Part shown: positions 23,560 to 36,045 of the stretch, piece after piece | How the letters are laid out: the number at the start of each line of letters is the position of its first letter | Position numbering within the stretch: position 1 is the stretch's first letter | Assembly (NCBI GenBank): GCA_034780895.1 | Contig: JAUZTB010000107.1 | Location: 81,922,000-81,985,999 of the forward strand | Length of the DNA: 64,000 bases | Source: Rhynchobatus australiae | Lineage: Eukaryota | Direction: 5' to 3' | Notes under the pieces: model-generated | What the model saw: only the letters and a program-made list of their open reading frames with translations | Told to the model about the DNA's origin: nothing | Database searches by the model: none | Program-made: the position numbers and the translations under genes

Positions 23560-24600
23560 AGAGCACAGAAATAAGCCCTTTGACCCACCGTGTCTATGCC
23601 ATCCAATTTACTGATCCCACTTAACAGTAACTCCATGGCCGTCTATGTCTTAGTGATTCAAGTACTTGTCTGGATGCTTAAATGTCAGGAGAATGTCTGC
23701 CTNNNNNNNNNNNNNNNNNNNNNNNNNNNNNNNNNNNNNNNNNNNNNNNNNNNNNNNNNNNNNNNNNNNNNNNNNNNNNNNNNNNNNNNNNNNNNNNNNN
23801 NNGTCTGCCTCCACCACATCTTCAGATAGTGCATTCCAGACTCCAGCTACCCTCTGGGAAGGGGAAATAAAATCCCCCCCTTTTATCCCCGCTCACCTCT
23901 CTCACCTTGAACCTACACTCTCTTGTTTTATTCAGTCCCAGCATGGAATAAAGATTTTTTTACCATCTACTCTATCTATCCCCTTCATAATTTTATATGC
24001 CTCTATCAGGCCACCCCTCAGCCTCTTCTGCTCCAGAGAAAACACAACTAGCTTATCCAGTCTATCCTTATAATTGTAATGCACCAGTCCAGGCAACATC
24101 CTGGTGATTCTTCTCTGCACTCTTGCCAATCACGTGCTTCCCATAGCGAGATGAGTAGAACTGCACACAATATTCCAGGTATGGCCTAACCAATGTTTTG
24201 TGGAGCTATAACGTGATCTCTTGTATTCTGTGACATGGTTAATGAAGGCAAGCATTCCATGTACTGCCTTCATCACCTTATCTACCTCTGCTACTTTCAG
24301 GATCTATGGACCTGTACCCCTTGGTCCCTCTGATTGTCAGCATTCCTTAGGACTCTACATTTTACTATGTGCACCCTTCCCTTGTTTGCTTTGCGTTTAT
24401 CAGGATTAAATTCCATTTGCCATTGTTCCGCTGAACTTTCCAATTGGTCTGTATCTTGCCGTAGCCTGAGCAAACCTTCCTTGCTATCTGCAACGTCACC
24501 AATTTTTTGTATCTTGCATACTTATCATATCTCGTGTGATCTCAACCAAGTATTTAATGTATATCACAAACAACAAGGGTTCCAGCATTCATCCATGTGC
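23560..24600 (-). mobile_element. CR1 LINE 3' fragment
   Basis: RVQRRITRMLPGLVHYNYKDRLDKLVVFSLEQKRLRGGLIEAYKIMKGIDRVD. Tail GCACAGAAATAAGCCCTTTGACCCACC. Confidence 0.88.
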
Positions 24601-24624
24601 CCTTGGTATCATTTCGATAGCGGG

Positions 24625-25118
24625 TAAGATATCTTTATTAGTCACATGTACATCAAAACACAGTGAAATGCATCTTTTGCGTGGAGTGTTCTGGGGACAG
24701 CCCGCAAGTGTCGCCACACTTCCAATGCCAACATAGCACGTCCACAACTTCCTAACCCGTCCGTCTTTGGAATGTGGGAGGAAACTGGAGCACCTGGAGG
24801 AAACCCACACAGACGTGTGGAGCATGTACAAACTCCTTACAGATGGTNNNNNNNNNNNNNNNNNNNNNNNNNNNNNNNNNNNNNNNNNNNNNNNNNNNNN
24901 NNNNNNNNNNNNNNNNNNNNNNNNNNNNNNNNNNNNNNNNNNNNNNNNNNNNNNNNNNNNNNNNNCACCAAATAAAAATAACATTACTGTGGCACAGAAA
25001 TAAACCAAGAAACAGATGTAGCAAAAGAAGAAAAGTACAAATTCCTTACAGACAGTGGCTGGAATTGAATCCGGGTCGCTGGTGCTGTAATAATGTTATA
25101 CTAACCGCTACACTAACT
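24625..25118 (-). mobile_element. V-SINE (possibly two nested pieces around a gap)
   Basis: Reverse complement of the 3519 family: GAATTGAATCCGGGTCGCTGGTGCTGTAATAATGTTATACTAACCGCTAC head and V-domain at 24765-24840. Confidence 0.88.
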
Positions 25119-28100
25119 GCAAGGTTATTTTATTATATTTTAAAAATATCGTTCCTTCCAGGTGATTGACGTGGAGAACCTTGATGTATATCGGATATAT
25201 CCTTATTTATGCTGTTAATGGGTGTGAAGCCTCTTCTCTTCCCCACACCCCACCCCAACTCCACCTCCCAAACAAAAGGACAGAACTGAGATACATTTCC
25301 ATGGGCTGGAGGACCATTGCACACCACCAGCATACCTGAGGGTGGGTCACATGGCCTCCTGAATGCTGATAATTGACAAGTGACATGGAGATTGTTAGGA
25401 GCTCACCTATGACACTCAGGGCATTTTGTTGGCCCATTGGTGAACAAGTGATGCACATTATGGCTACAAACTATTGGCAAGTTAGTGCACTTGAACTGGG
25501 CCCACCTTGCATTTAGTTTGGATGAGTCTGCACCGATCTTATCCAGACCTGACCCAGGGTGTAACTTAGGGCTTGGGTTTGGTAGGTTTGGCTCACTTAT
25601 GCCTCCATTTGTGGTTCAATCATCTAACGAGTGACACAGTAGGAAGAAGGATTTCAAGATTTTGATAAGTGAACCAGTTCTGAAGTTAGGAGAGGCAGAT
25701 TAAGTGACTAGTACACAAATTGCAAGGAAGCTAAACAGCAGAGAGCATGGACAGAGGACACAATAATGGAGCAGAAATCTTGCAGAAATAGCTACTGTCT
25801 CGCTAACAGGCCTGAAAATCCTGAATCACCAGTTCTGCTCCATTGAAATGCTTAAAAAAAATAAACAGCAAGGATATTTAAGGTTGTTGACTCAAACTTT
25901 CATTACTTGTAAATTTCTATTTACATATTGATGTATTTCCTGATTATCACTACTATAGATTTGTCAGCTATTATTTCATGGAGTCTTGTTCAGTGACTAA
26001 TTTCATCAAGGNNNNNNNNNNNNNNNNNNNNNNNNNNNNNNNNNNNNNNNNNNNNNNNNNNNNNNNNNNNNNNNNNNNNNNNNNNNNNNNNNNNNNNNNN
26101 NNNNNNNNNNNNNNNNNNNNNNNNNNNNNNNNNNNNNNNNNNNNNNNNNNNNNNNNNNNNNNNNNNNNNNNNNNNNNNNNNNNNAAATGGGTTTTATTTG
26201 AGAAGTGTAGCTTTATTCCACATGTATATCAAAATACTGTTGCTGAAATGCCTTCTCTTCTAGTTTCTATCATATTTCTTAAATCATGATTTAACAGAAT
26301 GTAACTATTCCTGATGGGAGAGCATTTAACACCATTGTTAGTCCAATGAGCTGACAGGCTAACCTTTGCCCTCACTGTTCTGCATTTTGACACACAAAAG
26401 GAATGGGGTTTTGATGAAGGGGGAGGGTAGTTTGTGGAAACAAGTAGTTAACTGTTAAAAGTTTAGCACAAACACATTTGTAGACATCACTGTGGGGTCT
26501 AAAATCTGAGTAATATGAAATAAACTTGCAGTACTTGCAGTTACTTTGAAGGATGGAAGTTGAACATTACGGTTAAAATGTGTTGTTAGAGCACGAACAA
26601 GTTCTTGGACTAATTTTGTTGTCTGTTTTGAATATTTGTTCATTCAACAATGTCAGACAGCAAAGAATGTTATCTATTTATCAGCATAGACCTGGGGGAA
26701 AGGGTATAAACCCAAACTGTAACAGGTCCAGTACTGCTGGTGGCCAGCCACTATAGGAAAACCATAAATATCAGAACAAGAAGGCTCTTCAGTAGACCAA
26801 AAAGTATGGTTTGCATCCAAATTCTGATAGCAGGTGGTGCTGCATCGAGCATACAGAGCTGAACTGTGTGTAGGTGTCTTGTTTGCCACAAAGAGGGATT
26901 AGCTGCTATTCGGACAGAAGCTATCTCAAAAGAAAAAAATGCAACTTCAGAAACAAGAACACACTGCTAATCTAAAAAAGAATGACAGACGGGTGCATAC
27001 GGGTCCCATGGAATCCCCATTTGTCACCAGCTCTGCATTAGAATGACTGAATCGCTAATACAGGCCTTTGAGTGACTATTGTTTATCCTACAGTATGCAT
27101 GAAAACTCCCTCAGAATTCAGACAGAGAAAACAATGAAAGTACTTCTCTTTTATTTTAACATTCACTTTGTGGTGTCAAGCCTTGTTGGCAACAAAATCT
27201 GGAGCTAATGCTGAACAATTTTTGGAAGAACAATGGCTCTTTATTTTTCACACTTTTGTTAATTTGAACTCTGTAGTTTCTCTGGATCTGTTGTATATGT
27301 CTTAATGTTATAATTATATTTTTATAAGTTTGCTGTTTTCATTTTGAGGCTGTTCAGGCAGTGTTGACTGCTCTTAATTAGCTTTAATTTCTAGTTGCAT
27401 CATTTCCACTTTTATGGAAACTGAAATGATGATACATGGAAAATATTTCTGGAATGAATAAAAGTTCCAACTGCGTTTTAGAAATTTTTTTTATACGTGA
27501 TCAGTTATTCCTTGGTATAACTTGTTGATGTACCTTTTGAAGTACAGTGCTATATTTAACTTAAAACTAAGCAAATTAATTTTTGAATAGTTTTGGCTGC
27601 CTTTAGCATTTTTTTACAAAGAAATGTGTCATGTTTGCAGAATGAGCAACAAGAATTACAAACTCTGGAAGCTCAAACTTCCTTGGGGTCTGTTTCATTG
27701 GCACGACTGTGATAAAACAAAGCTGCAAAGTACTGTCATCCAGACCAGAATCCATTCCAATTTCTTGGAATATGCTCGTCTGAATGGCCCAAGGAGAACC
27801 TCTCATGGACCTTGGGTTGGAATGTCAAGGCTACGAGAGAGAATGCCCTGCAGAAATATTTCCTTTTCTATCTCTTGATAGAGGAAAGGAATCTTTTGAA
27901 GAAGATCCCAGAAAGGGATTAACCTTCACCAGTTTTTGCTGAGACTATTCACTGTGTGGTAAGGCCAGCATTTATTGCTAATCTCTCACTGTCATTTGGA
28001 AAATGAGGCAGTGAGCCACCCAGAACTTGTGCAGCCATTGTTAAGTGTACACACACAGTCATATGTTTCAGAACTTCTGTCAAATAAGCTTTTCAATTTG

Positions 28101-28302
28101 CTGTAATGTNNNNNNNNNNACTTGCTGCAGCTGCAGTATGCCATTAGTGCAGCGAGTGACAGTTTAAGGTGATGGATTGAATGCAGGCAGAAATTCTAAA
28201 ATATTCATCTAGTTAAATGGAGAGTATTCTATTTTGCTATGGACAGATTTTTGGGAGTCAGTGTATCTAGCTTTTAAGTTCTTTTAACTCCTTTACTTTA
28301 TT

Positions 28303-28592
28303 GGGCAGGCATGGTAGTGTAGTGGTTAGTGTAACGCTATTACAGTGCCAGTGACCCGGGTTCAATTCCGGTTGCTCTCTGCAAGGAGTTTGTAAGTTCT
28401 CCCTGTGTCTGCATGGGTTTCCTCCAGCTGTTCCAGTTTCCTCCCATACTCCAAAGACGTATGGGTTAGGAAGTTGCAGGCATGCTATGTTGGTGCCGGA
28501 CGTGTGGAGACACTTGTGGGCTGCCCCTAGAACACACTACACAAAAGATGCATTTGACTGTGTTTTGATGTACATATGACCAATAAAGATCT
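28303..28592 (+). mobile_element. Full-length V-SINE
   Basis: A box TAGTGTAGTGG, B box GGTTCAATTCC, V-domain, tail ending GTACATATGACCAATAAAGATC. Confidence 0.92.
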
Positions 28593-28871
28593 CTTTTGTT
28601 TATACTTATCATTAGTCAACCAATGACACACTTTGGCTGTGGTATGGAATGGCTATAAAATACATATGCAGAAAATTGAGGACTCTTTGACAGCATATCC
28701 CAAACGTGTAACGCATCCCTTTTGATAGAAGGGAAGTCATTGATAAAACAGCTAGAGATAGCTGAATCTGGGATGCTACTCTGGAAAAAGATCATTCAGT
28801 GAAGGTCTGAGGCCAGAATGGATGATCTTCAGTGCTCTTTTGTGTGAAGTATAGCTCCAGCAAGTTGAAGT

Positions 28872-29650
28872 ACATAAGAAATGTGTGCATGACTGGGCTA
28901 TTTGGCCTGCAGTGCCATTCAACAAGATCAACACTGATGATCTGCCTCCAACACCATTTTCCTGCCATGTCCCTATATCCATTAATATACAGAAACCTAT
29001 CAAACTCTATTTTGAATTAAATTGTAGTTCTCAAAAGTAGAAAATTCGGAAGAATTTCCACCCTTTTGAATAAAGAAGTTTCTTCTCATCTCAATAGTTA
29101 AATGGCACACTAATTATTTTGAGACTGTGACCCCAACTCCTCTCTCAGGGGAGCCATCCAGTATTAACCCTGATGAGGCCTCGAAGAATTTTGTATTCTC
29201 AATGAGATCACCTCTCATTCTTAATGCTAGAGAACAGCGGTCCAGCCGCCTCAATCGCTCTTAATAAGACAGATCCTGCATCCAAGAATCAATCTGAGTC
29301 TTTGTCAGCCTCCCTTTATAGCAAGTACATCCTTCGTCAAGGATGGGAGATCAAAATTGAACATGCACTAAGGCCCTATATCATTCTAATAAGACTTCTT
29401 TGTTCTTGTCCTCAAACCCTCCTAAAACTAAATGTTAATATACCATCTGCCTTCCTAATTGCCTGCTGCACATGCATATTAGCTTTCAGGTGACTCATGT
29501 TCAAAGGCACTTGGGTTGCTTTGAACACCAACATTTTCCAATATCTCACTGTATAGGGGAAAAGAAATTAACATTTGTTTTTCATACCAGCCGTTTAGTT
29601 GCCCACACACTTAACTTGTCTTGTTGAAGTGTCTTTGCATCCTCATCATG
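28872..29650 (-). mobile_element. Old CR1 LINE 3' fragment
   Basis: Homologous to 2930-4300, e.g. TTCTTCTCATCTCA, TCAATGAGATCACCTCTCATTCTT, ATACCATCTGCCTTCCTAATTGCCTGCTG. Confidence 0.75.
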
Positions 29651-31644
29651 ACTCTCAATTCCATTTAGCTTTACCAGGTTAGCAGCTCATTGTTGTTGCC
29701 TGGTGCTGTTCCTGATACTTTGTTCATTGGATCAGGTTTGATGTTAATGGTGGAGAGGGATATGCAGAGTGAGGTCATACATTACAGATTGTGGTGGAAT
29801 ACAGTCCGGTTGTTATTGATGGACCTTAGTGTCTCATGGAAGCTTAGCTGGCAGTTCTGTTCTGAATCTATTCCATTTCGTATCATGGTAATGCTTCTTA
29901 AACAGTGTGTAGGGTATCCTCGGTATTAATGTAGGACTTTACTTCCACAAGGAATGAAGTCGATTGCATTTCACACCTAGGCCTAAATCCCATTTTTTCC
30001 ACAATCTCATTTTTTCTATCTTTTTGTTCAAATCCACGGCACACTAGCTTTCTGAACAGGTCTTGTGTTTTTCTGATTTTATTTTAAATATTGGATGTGA
30101 TTCAAGTAGGTTGGATTGACTTAGTGCAAACATGCATTCAACATAATCTTAATAAAATGACTCTAAACCAGAAACTATTTTCCTCCCATCCAGAAGGGAA
30201 AATCTTAATATTCCACAACTGTAACCTAGATTTCCACATACAGCTGGCTGGATTATTCATTGTTTGACTTTCCTGCTGCCTGAGGAACTGAGAAACCAAC
30301 AAAAACCAGGTTTGCCTGCTCCTACAGTAATGTTGTAGAGCTATACTTTTGCCTGCTGACACAAGCTCCCTTAATACCAGCGACCATTACAAATTTACCC
30401 TAAGTACCATAAAATAAAGTTTAACTGAACATCTGAAGAAATTATATTGAAAACAACCAAATTCCACACTGGCATTTTTAAGCTTTAAATGACAAAGCTA
30501 GTCTTAGAGCAAAGGCACACCCAAATACCTGCTGGTTTAGAAACAGAAGAGCTTTTTGAGTATTAGCATCCATTCAGTATTTCCATTGGTGGATTAATAT
30601 GAAACGAACATTGGAATCCATAAAGTTTCTGTGTGTAATGCAATGGAACTTATGAAAGTCCTTTAGAAAAGCAATATCTCAGACGTGACCTAAGGCTGAT
30701 TCCAGCTGATAGCCCAAATTTCTATTATCCTTTGCAAGTTTGCTAGCAATGTAAACTTTTAGATGTGGGCATTTAACCTTGTCTCACTTAGAGGATTAGA
30801 ATAGGTCTCTTTCTGGTTAATTTGGATTACGCTAATGGACAGCGTTTTAGTGTCAATAAAGAAATCAATCTTTACCAGTCCTGCAAACGCAGGGAGCTTA
30901 ACTGTTGAAGGTTTTCAGATTGTCATCTTCTCATCCACCACCCTCCCCACCTCTTCCCCCCACCCCCAACAAAACATCCCAGCACCTCCCAGAAGTTGCA
31001 TCTGGAATAGGCACAGGTAAAATGGCATTTGAAAAAATACATCACTATAAGCAAGGGAAAACGAACCAGAAAGCCAGGAAATATAACAGAGTGAGTTCAA
31101 GGTTCTTTAGGTTGCATGTTAACATCCAAAAATGGAGGGTTTAGAATTAGTTCAGAGATTAACACTTGAATGTTCTAGAACAGAAATACAACCCAGCTCA
31201 AAATCATTCTGTTTAAAAGGGAACTGAGACGAGGGGAATGTGATCCAATCTGTTGACAGATTATTGGTTCCTAATTTAAATAAAATACAGCTACCTGTCT
31301 TAATAATAACAGCTAATTGCATGAGCCTGATTTCCCAAGCCTTAGGGGAATGTCAATAAGTGAAATGAGGCAAGATGAGCTGAACCCATTAGATGAGGAC
31401 TTACACTCCTGCTGACCCTCAGGCAAGCTGTACCTTCCAAACCAAATGAGCCATCTATTATTCACTATCCCTTCTGCCAAACCCCTCCACTGCTAAATAA
31501 TGAAATAGCACATTGACTGCCCTCATGCCATCCTCACTACCTGTCAGCCATGTAATTGTGGTCCTCATAACTGTATTTGGAACACACCTACAATTCAAGC
31601 ACCATAATAGTTGGTCTACTCGGCCCCGTGCCTTATCCTGGCAG

Positions 31645-31790
31645 CATTTAAGAAATGTCTATGTGAGCAGTTGAATGACCTCTGCATAGAACGATGAGGC
31701 CAAGTGCTGGAAGGTGGGATTAATACAGATGTGTGGATGTGGTGTGCTGAATGGCCTGTTTCCATGCAGGGTGACTCTGAGTCTATGACT
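31645..31790 (+). mobile_element. CR1 3' tail
   Basis: GGCCAAGTGCTGGAAGGTGGGATTA...GCTGAATGGCCTGTTTCCATGC...TCTATGACT. Confidence 0.6.
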
Positions 31791-32024
31791 GTATATTAAA
31801 TATTGTGCAGAGAAACAGTCTTACCTGGGGTAGGTAGCAACCATTTCTTAGTGAACTTGCACACTTTGGGAAATTGGTCCAAACACCTTGTTATTTACCT
31901 TATCATCTTATGACTAATTTATCATGACTAATGCATCATGACTAATCATGATACATTTGCCAAGTATCAGTTAAGCATCTCCATTGCTGGCAGGAATTGG
32001 AGCTTTTGGGGGAACCTTGTGTTC

Positions 32025-32150
32025 ATCAGTCCTGATGTAGGGGTTCAACCCAAAGTATTGGCATTTTCTTACCCCCCCCCCCCCCTCAGATGCTGTTCAG
32101 CCCATTGAGTTCCTCCAGTAGATTGCTTGTTGCTCCAGATCCCAGTCTCT
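32025..32150 (+). mobile_element. Penelope pLTR fragment
   Basis: CAGTCCTGATGTAGGGTTCAACCCAAA...AGATGCTGTTCAGCCCATTGAGTTCCTCCAG...TTGCTCCAGAT. Confidence 0.6.
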
Positions 32151-34521
32151 TATTTCTCAATGATCTTTGTTAATGTATAGAAAAAGAATAAGGGTTGGAA
32201 ATGAGACACTGATTAAAGGGTTCACACTGTGACATGGTCTTGCACATACCAACTGCCAGCCTCAGCCATCAAGGCTCAATATTGTGGGGGAATTCCACAT
32301 GAATACATACATTAACATACCCCAAACTCTTCTGAGCATTAGCATCAACCAGGTATCAATTGAAACTACAAAATTCGATTGATAGAAAGTCACGTAAAAT
32401 TTATAATTTGTCTGCATGCAGCTTCCCATTTTACCGAATTGTTGAACAATTTTCCTTGCGTAATTGTCTTCACGATGGACAAAATAAAATTATTTGAGTG
32501 AAAGTAAAAAAATATTATTTTTTATTCTTAAACAAATCTTTGCTATCTCATATTTTTAAGTTGTGAATTTTTGACATGAGGGCCAGGAAATATAAAGCTA
32601 ATTAAATGAATGTGTTTATTGCCACCTTATCTAATATATTTGACTTAGTGTTGCTATTAAACTCATTAAATTCAGAACTTCCTTGAATGGTTGGTTTTTA
32701 CATGAATTATTTAAAAATATATATTCTGGAAGATGTAAAAGATGAGTCAAAGTAAAGGTAGTTCCATGGGATATGGTTTACATTGATGGTGCATGGTTAA
32801 TCAAGAATTACTTGATTATGGTATTCTGCTGTGCTGAGAAATGATGAAATCTATTATTTCATACAATCTTAATACCCAAATGTATAGGGAATGCTTGGAA
32901 ACATTTAGTGATCAGACTACTAAATGTTGCTTGGTATAAGTAAACATTTTTGCATTTTTCTTAATATCTGTATTTAGAGACCAAGGGAGAACATTTTTGC
33001 ACATTTCCAAACAGCTTTTGGCTGGAAGCACAGGCCTCAAGAAAAGATTTTACCAATGGATATAAGGAGGTTACTTTGATTGATTTACAAGCCATCTGTT
33101 AGGATTCAATTTCCTGGCATTGTCTGTCCCTCCTAACTTCATAGCAGTTATTCCAAAATGGATTTGGTTTCGATCAACGTGCAGCTCATCATAATTATTC
33201 AGCAATGGCATTTGGTCATGCAACAAAATTTGACACATGTTGTATATTTGTTCAGAACTCATCTGACTGGATGAGTTCAATGTGCCAATAGATATTTAAA
33301 TTTTGCTTTTGAAACGAAAAGCTGACAGCATGGTTAAGTATTGCAAGGTGAGGTTCCTGGCACAAAGCCTTCCTTTGACAAGATTGTGAAGTGGAGAGCT
33401 GAATGCAGAGGTGTGCCCAAACCTCAAGGTACAGTCATCAGAAAATCAGGCAGCATTGCAAAACTAGAATATCAGTGTATGTACCTATGTCTCCATCATG
33501 TCCTTGTGTCAAGGAGTTCCAACTTTACATTTTAAGACAAATACCTTGTGATTTCGATCTGTATGGGTGTATCCTTGTATAAAGGGCATCATGTGCCTGC
33601 TGGGAACTACTACTGCAGATGCAGGTAGTAGTTCCAGGTTTGGGGGTGGGGACTCCAATTCCTGAAGATGGCAAGCTGAAGAAGACAGAAAATGTGTTGG
33701 ACTCAGTGCCAGTTTTGCCACAGGATAATTTTTCTAGGCAAGCAATTGAAAACTATTAAAGTGACACTTTCATTTCTCAGGACACCATTATGAAGCAACT
33801 TTGATGAGCTGCTTATCCCAAAAGAAACCAGAAACATGGGATCTCCTGGTGTTGAAAGGTTGTGTCACAGTCCCACACATTTGTCGATTGAACCTGATTT
33901 GCAGACTAGGCTTAAAGGAGTCTCTGGTGTTCAGCCAGGATCCATCATATTTGGTTCTGTTGTCACCTTTCTCCTGGAAATATAGTGATAGCTTACAAGG
34001 GGCTCGGTTATTTCTTCAGTGTTTCTTTTTATTTTAAAACATTCAAACTGAACACAGAGAATTGCAGATTAAAATTCAAAACAACCAAATAATTCTACAA
34101 AGAAGGCCATTCAATTTATTCCTTCCATCTGCTCTTTAAAAATGTTAACTGTAGCCTTTGGCTATTCTTTTAATGGCATCTCCGTTTTTCCCTGATACTT
34201 GTTAAAACCATTCATTTCTCTCACTCTGGCCTGCATCAGCTGGAATAGCCCATGTAACACACAGTTTGCTGCTCACCACTGCATCAGGAAAATCTGTGAT
34301 ATGCTCTTCTCAAGATGACCAGGCTTTGTCTACTTCTCCATTAGCTCAAAGGGGCAAGTGGACTGCTATGGTGATTTGCTCCCATTGCAAGTTTTGCGAA
34401 ACTGCACACATTCAGAGACTGCAAACATTTACTTACAGAAACCTTCCTGGTAACTTAATGCCAGGAGCCCCTGGCTATGATCTTGGAGTCTCTGTGGCCC
34501 TGTGGTCCTGCTCACAACCCC

Positions 34522-34977
34522 GTCATAGCATGGAAACAGGCCCTTCAGCTCAGTACCTCTGTGCCAACCAAGGTTCCTTCCTGAGCTAGTCCCATTTGCC
34601 CCCATTTGGCCCATATCCCTCAAAACCTTTCCCATCCATGAACCTGCCCAAATGTATTTTAAATGTTGTAATTATACCTGCATTTACTACTTCCTCTGGC
34701 AACTCGTTCCATGTACCACTACACTCTGTGAGGAAAACTTGCCCCTCAGGTCCCCTTTAAATCTTTCTCTCCTCATTTTAAACCTGTGCCCTCTAGTTTT
34801 AGACTCCCTTACCCTGGGAAAAAGACTGTGACCATCCACCTTATTGATGCCCCTCATCATTTTAAAAACCTCTATGTGGTCTCTCCTCAGCCTCCTTCAC
34901 TCCAGTCCCAATCCCGGCCTATCCGCTCTGTCCTCATAACTCAAGCCCTCTAGTCCTGGCAATATTAAAATCTCCTC
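34522..34977 (-). mobile_element. CR1 LINE 3' fragment
   Basis: CAT GGAAACAGGCCCTTCAGC tail and AACTTGCCCCTCAGGTCCCCTTTAAATC. Close to the copy at 60612-61105. Confidence 0.88.
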
Positions 34978-34980
34978 ACA

Positions 34981-35295
34981 GAGGAGATTCACCAGGATGT
35001 TGCCCAGATTGGAGGACTTTAGTTATGGGGGAGACCATTGGATAGGCTGGGTTTGTTTCCCCTGGAGCGAGGGAAGCTGACAGGAATATAAAATTAGGAG
35101 GCATAGATAGAGTAGATAGTCAAATCTTTTTCCCATGATAAGAGTATCAAAAACAAGAAGACATAGGTTAAGGTCGGAGGAAGGAGTTTTAAAGGGGATT
35201 TGAAGGGAATGTATTTTACACAGAAAGTGGCTGATATCTGGAACGTGCTACTCGTTGAGGCAGTTGAGTCAGATACAACCACCATAAGGGCTATG
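34981..35295 (+). mobile_element. CR1 LINE 3' fragment, head-to-head with the previous one
   Basis: GAGGAGATTCACCAGGATGTTGCCCAGATTGGAGG (RRFTRMLP). Close to 47300-47600. Confidence 0.85.
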
Positions 35296-35739
35296 GATAT
35301 TCAGGACTACTGTGTTTCCTTCTGGCAAGCTTTCTGATTGTGGAAGTGAACATCCACAATTTCCTATTATTTGAAGTTTCCAGTTGATTTAACCACTTTC
35401 TCACAACCAAACTGGCCATTTAAATACTCTTCCAATACTTGCCAGGGCTTATTTATACATTTCATACCTGGCACTCAGATCATGACTTTCTTGCATTTAA
35501 CTGAACAAATTACACCATCTGTGTTTATTCAAAATTAGCTTTCAGTCTGACACTTTGGAAATCACTTTGAACTTACGGTCAATGTATATAGCAAAATAAA
35601 CTTGATTTGGCATCTGAACTTCATTTTTTACACTAATTTTTCTGCAGTGATTTAAGTTAGAGAGCCAGCCATTGACTAAGACCAGGCAAAATACTATAGG
35701 GCTAGGGATCTACATTGAAAGCAGGAACATCTGTCTGAC

Positions 35740-36045
35740 AGCTGGGGTCAGAAGTATCACTCTGGCTTCTGAATCAGAGGGTCATGTTGAAATTCTAGCC
35801 CGGGGCACACAGACGTAATGTAAGTGTTATTGGAGGTGTTATCAGTATGTCCAGAATAATGTGAAAAAAAACCTTCATCCTATCACTGCTCCTTGTATTC
35901 ACTGGTCACTTAGCTCATTGCTGTTGACTGTGAGCAAATTAATTTCTGAATTCACATTGTAACAATAAATAGACCAGAAGAAATTTATTCTCTATGATTA
36001 TTTTGCAACTTCCTGACAATGCAAATAGCATTACATAAATGCAAT
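35740..36045 (+). mobile_element. Highly degraded DeuSINE (SacSINE1/AmnSINE1-like)
   Basis: CACTCTGGCTTCTGAATCAGAGGGT head, TTGGAGGTG, CTGGTCACTTAGCTCATTGCTGTT, tail ATAAATGCAA. Confidence 0.4.

Noticed and set aside
27620-27880. Possible host exon after TTTGCAG
   Set aside because: No recognisable protein or partner exons. Faintly resembles an old RTE C-terminus.
31910-31955. ATCATGACTA short tandem repeat
   Set aside because: Ordinary slippage repeat with no spacers, not CRISPR-like.
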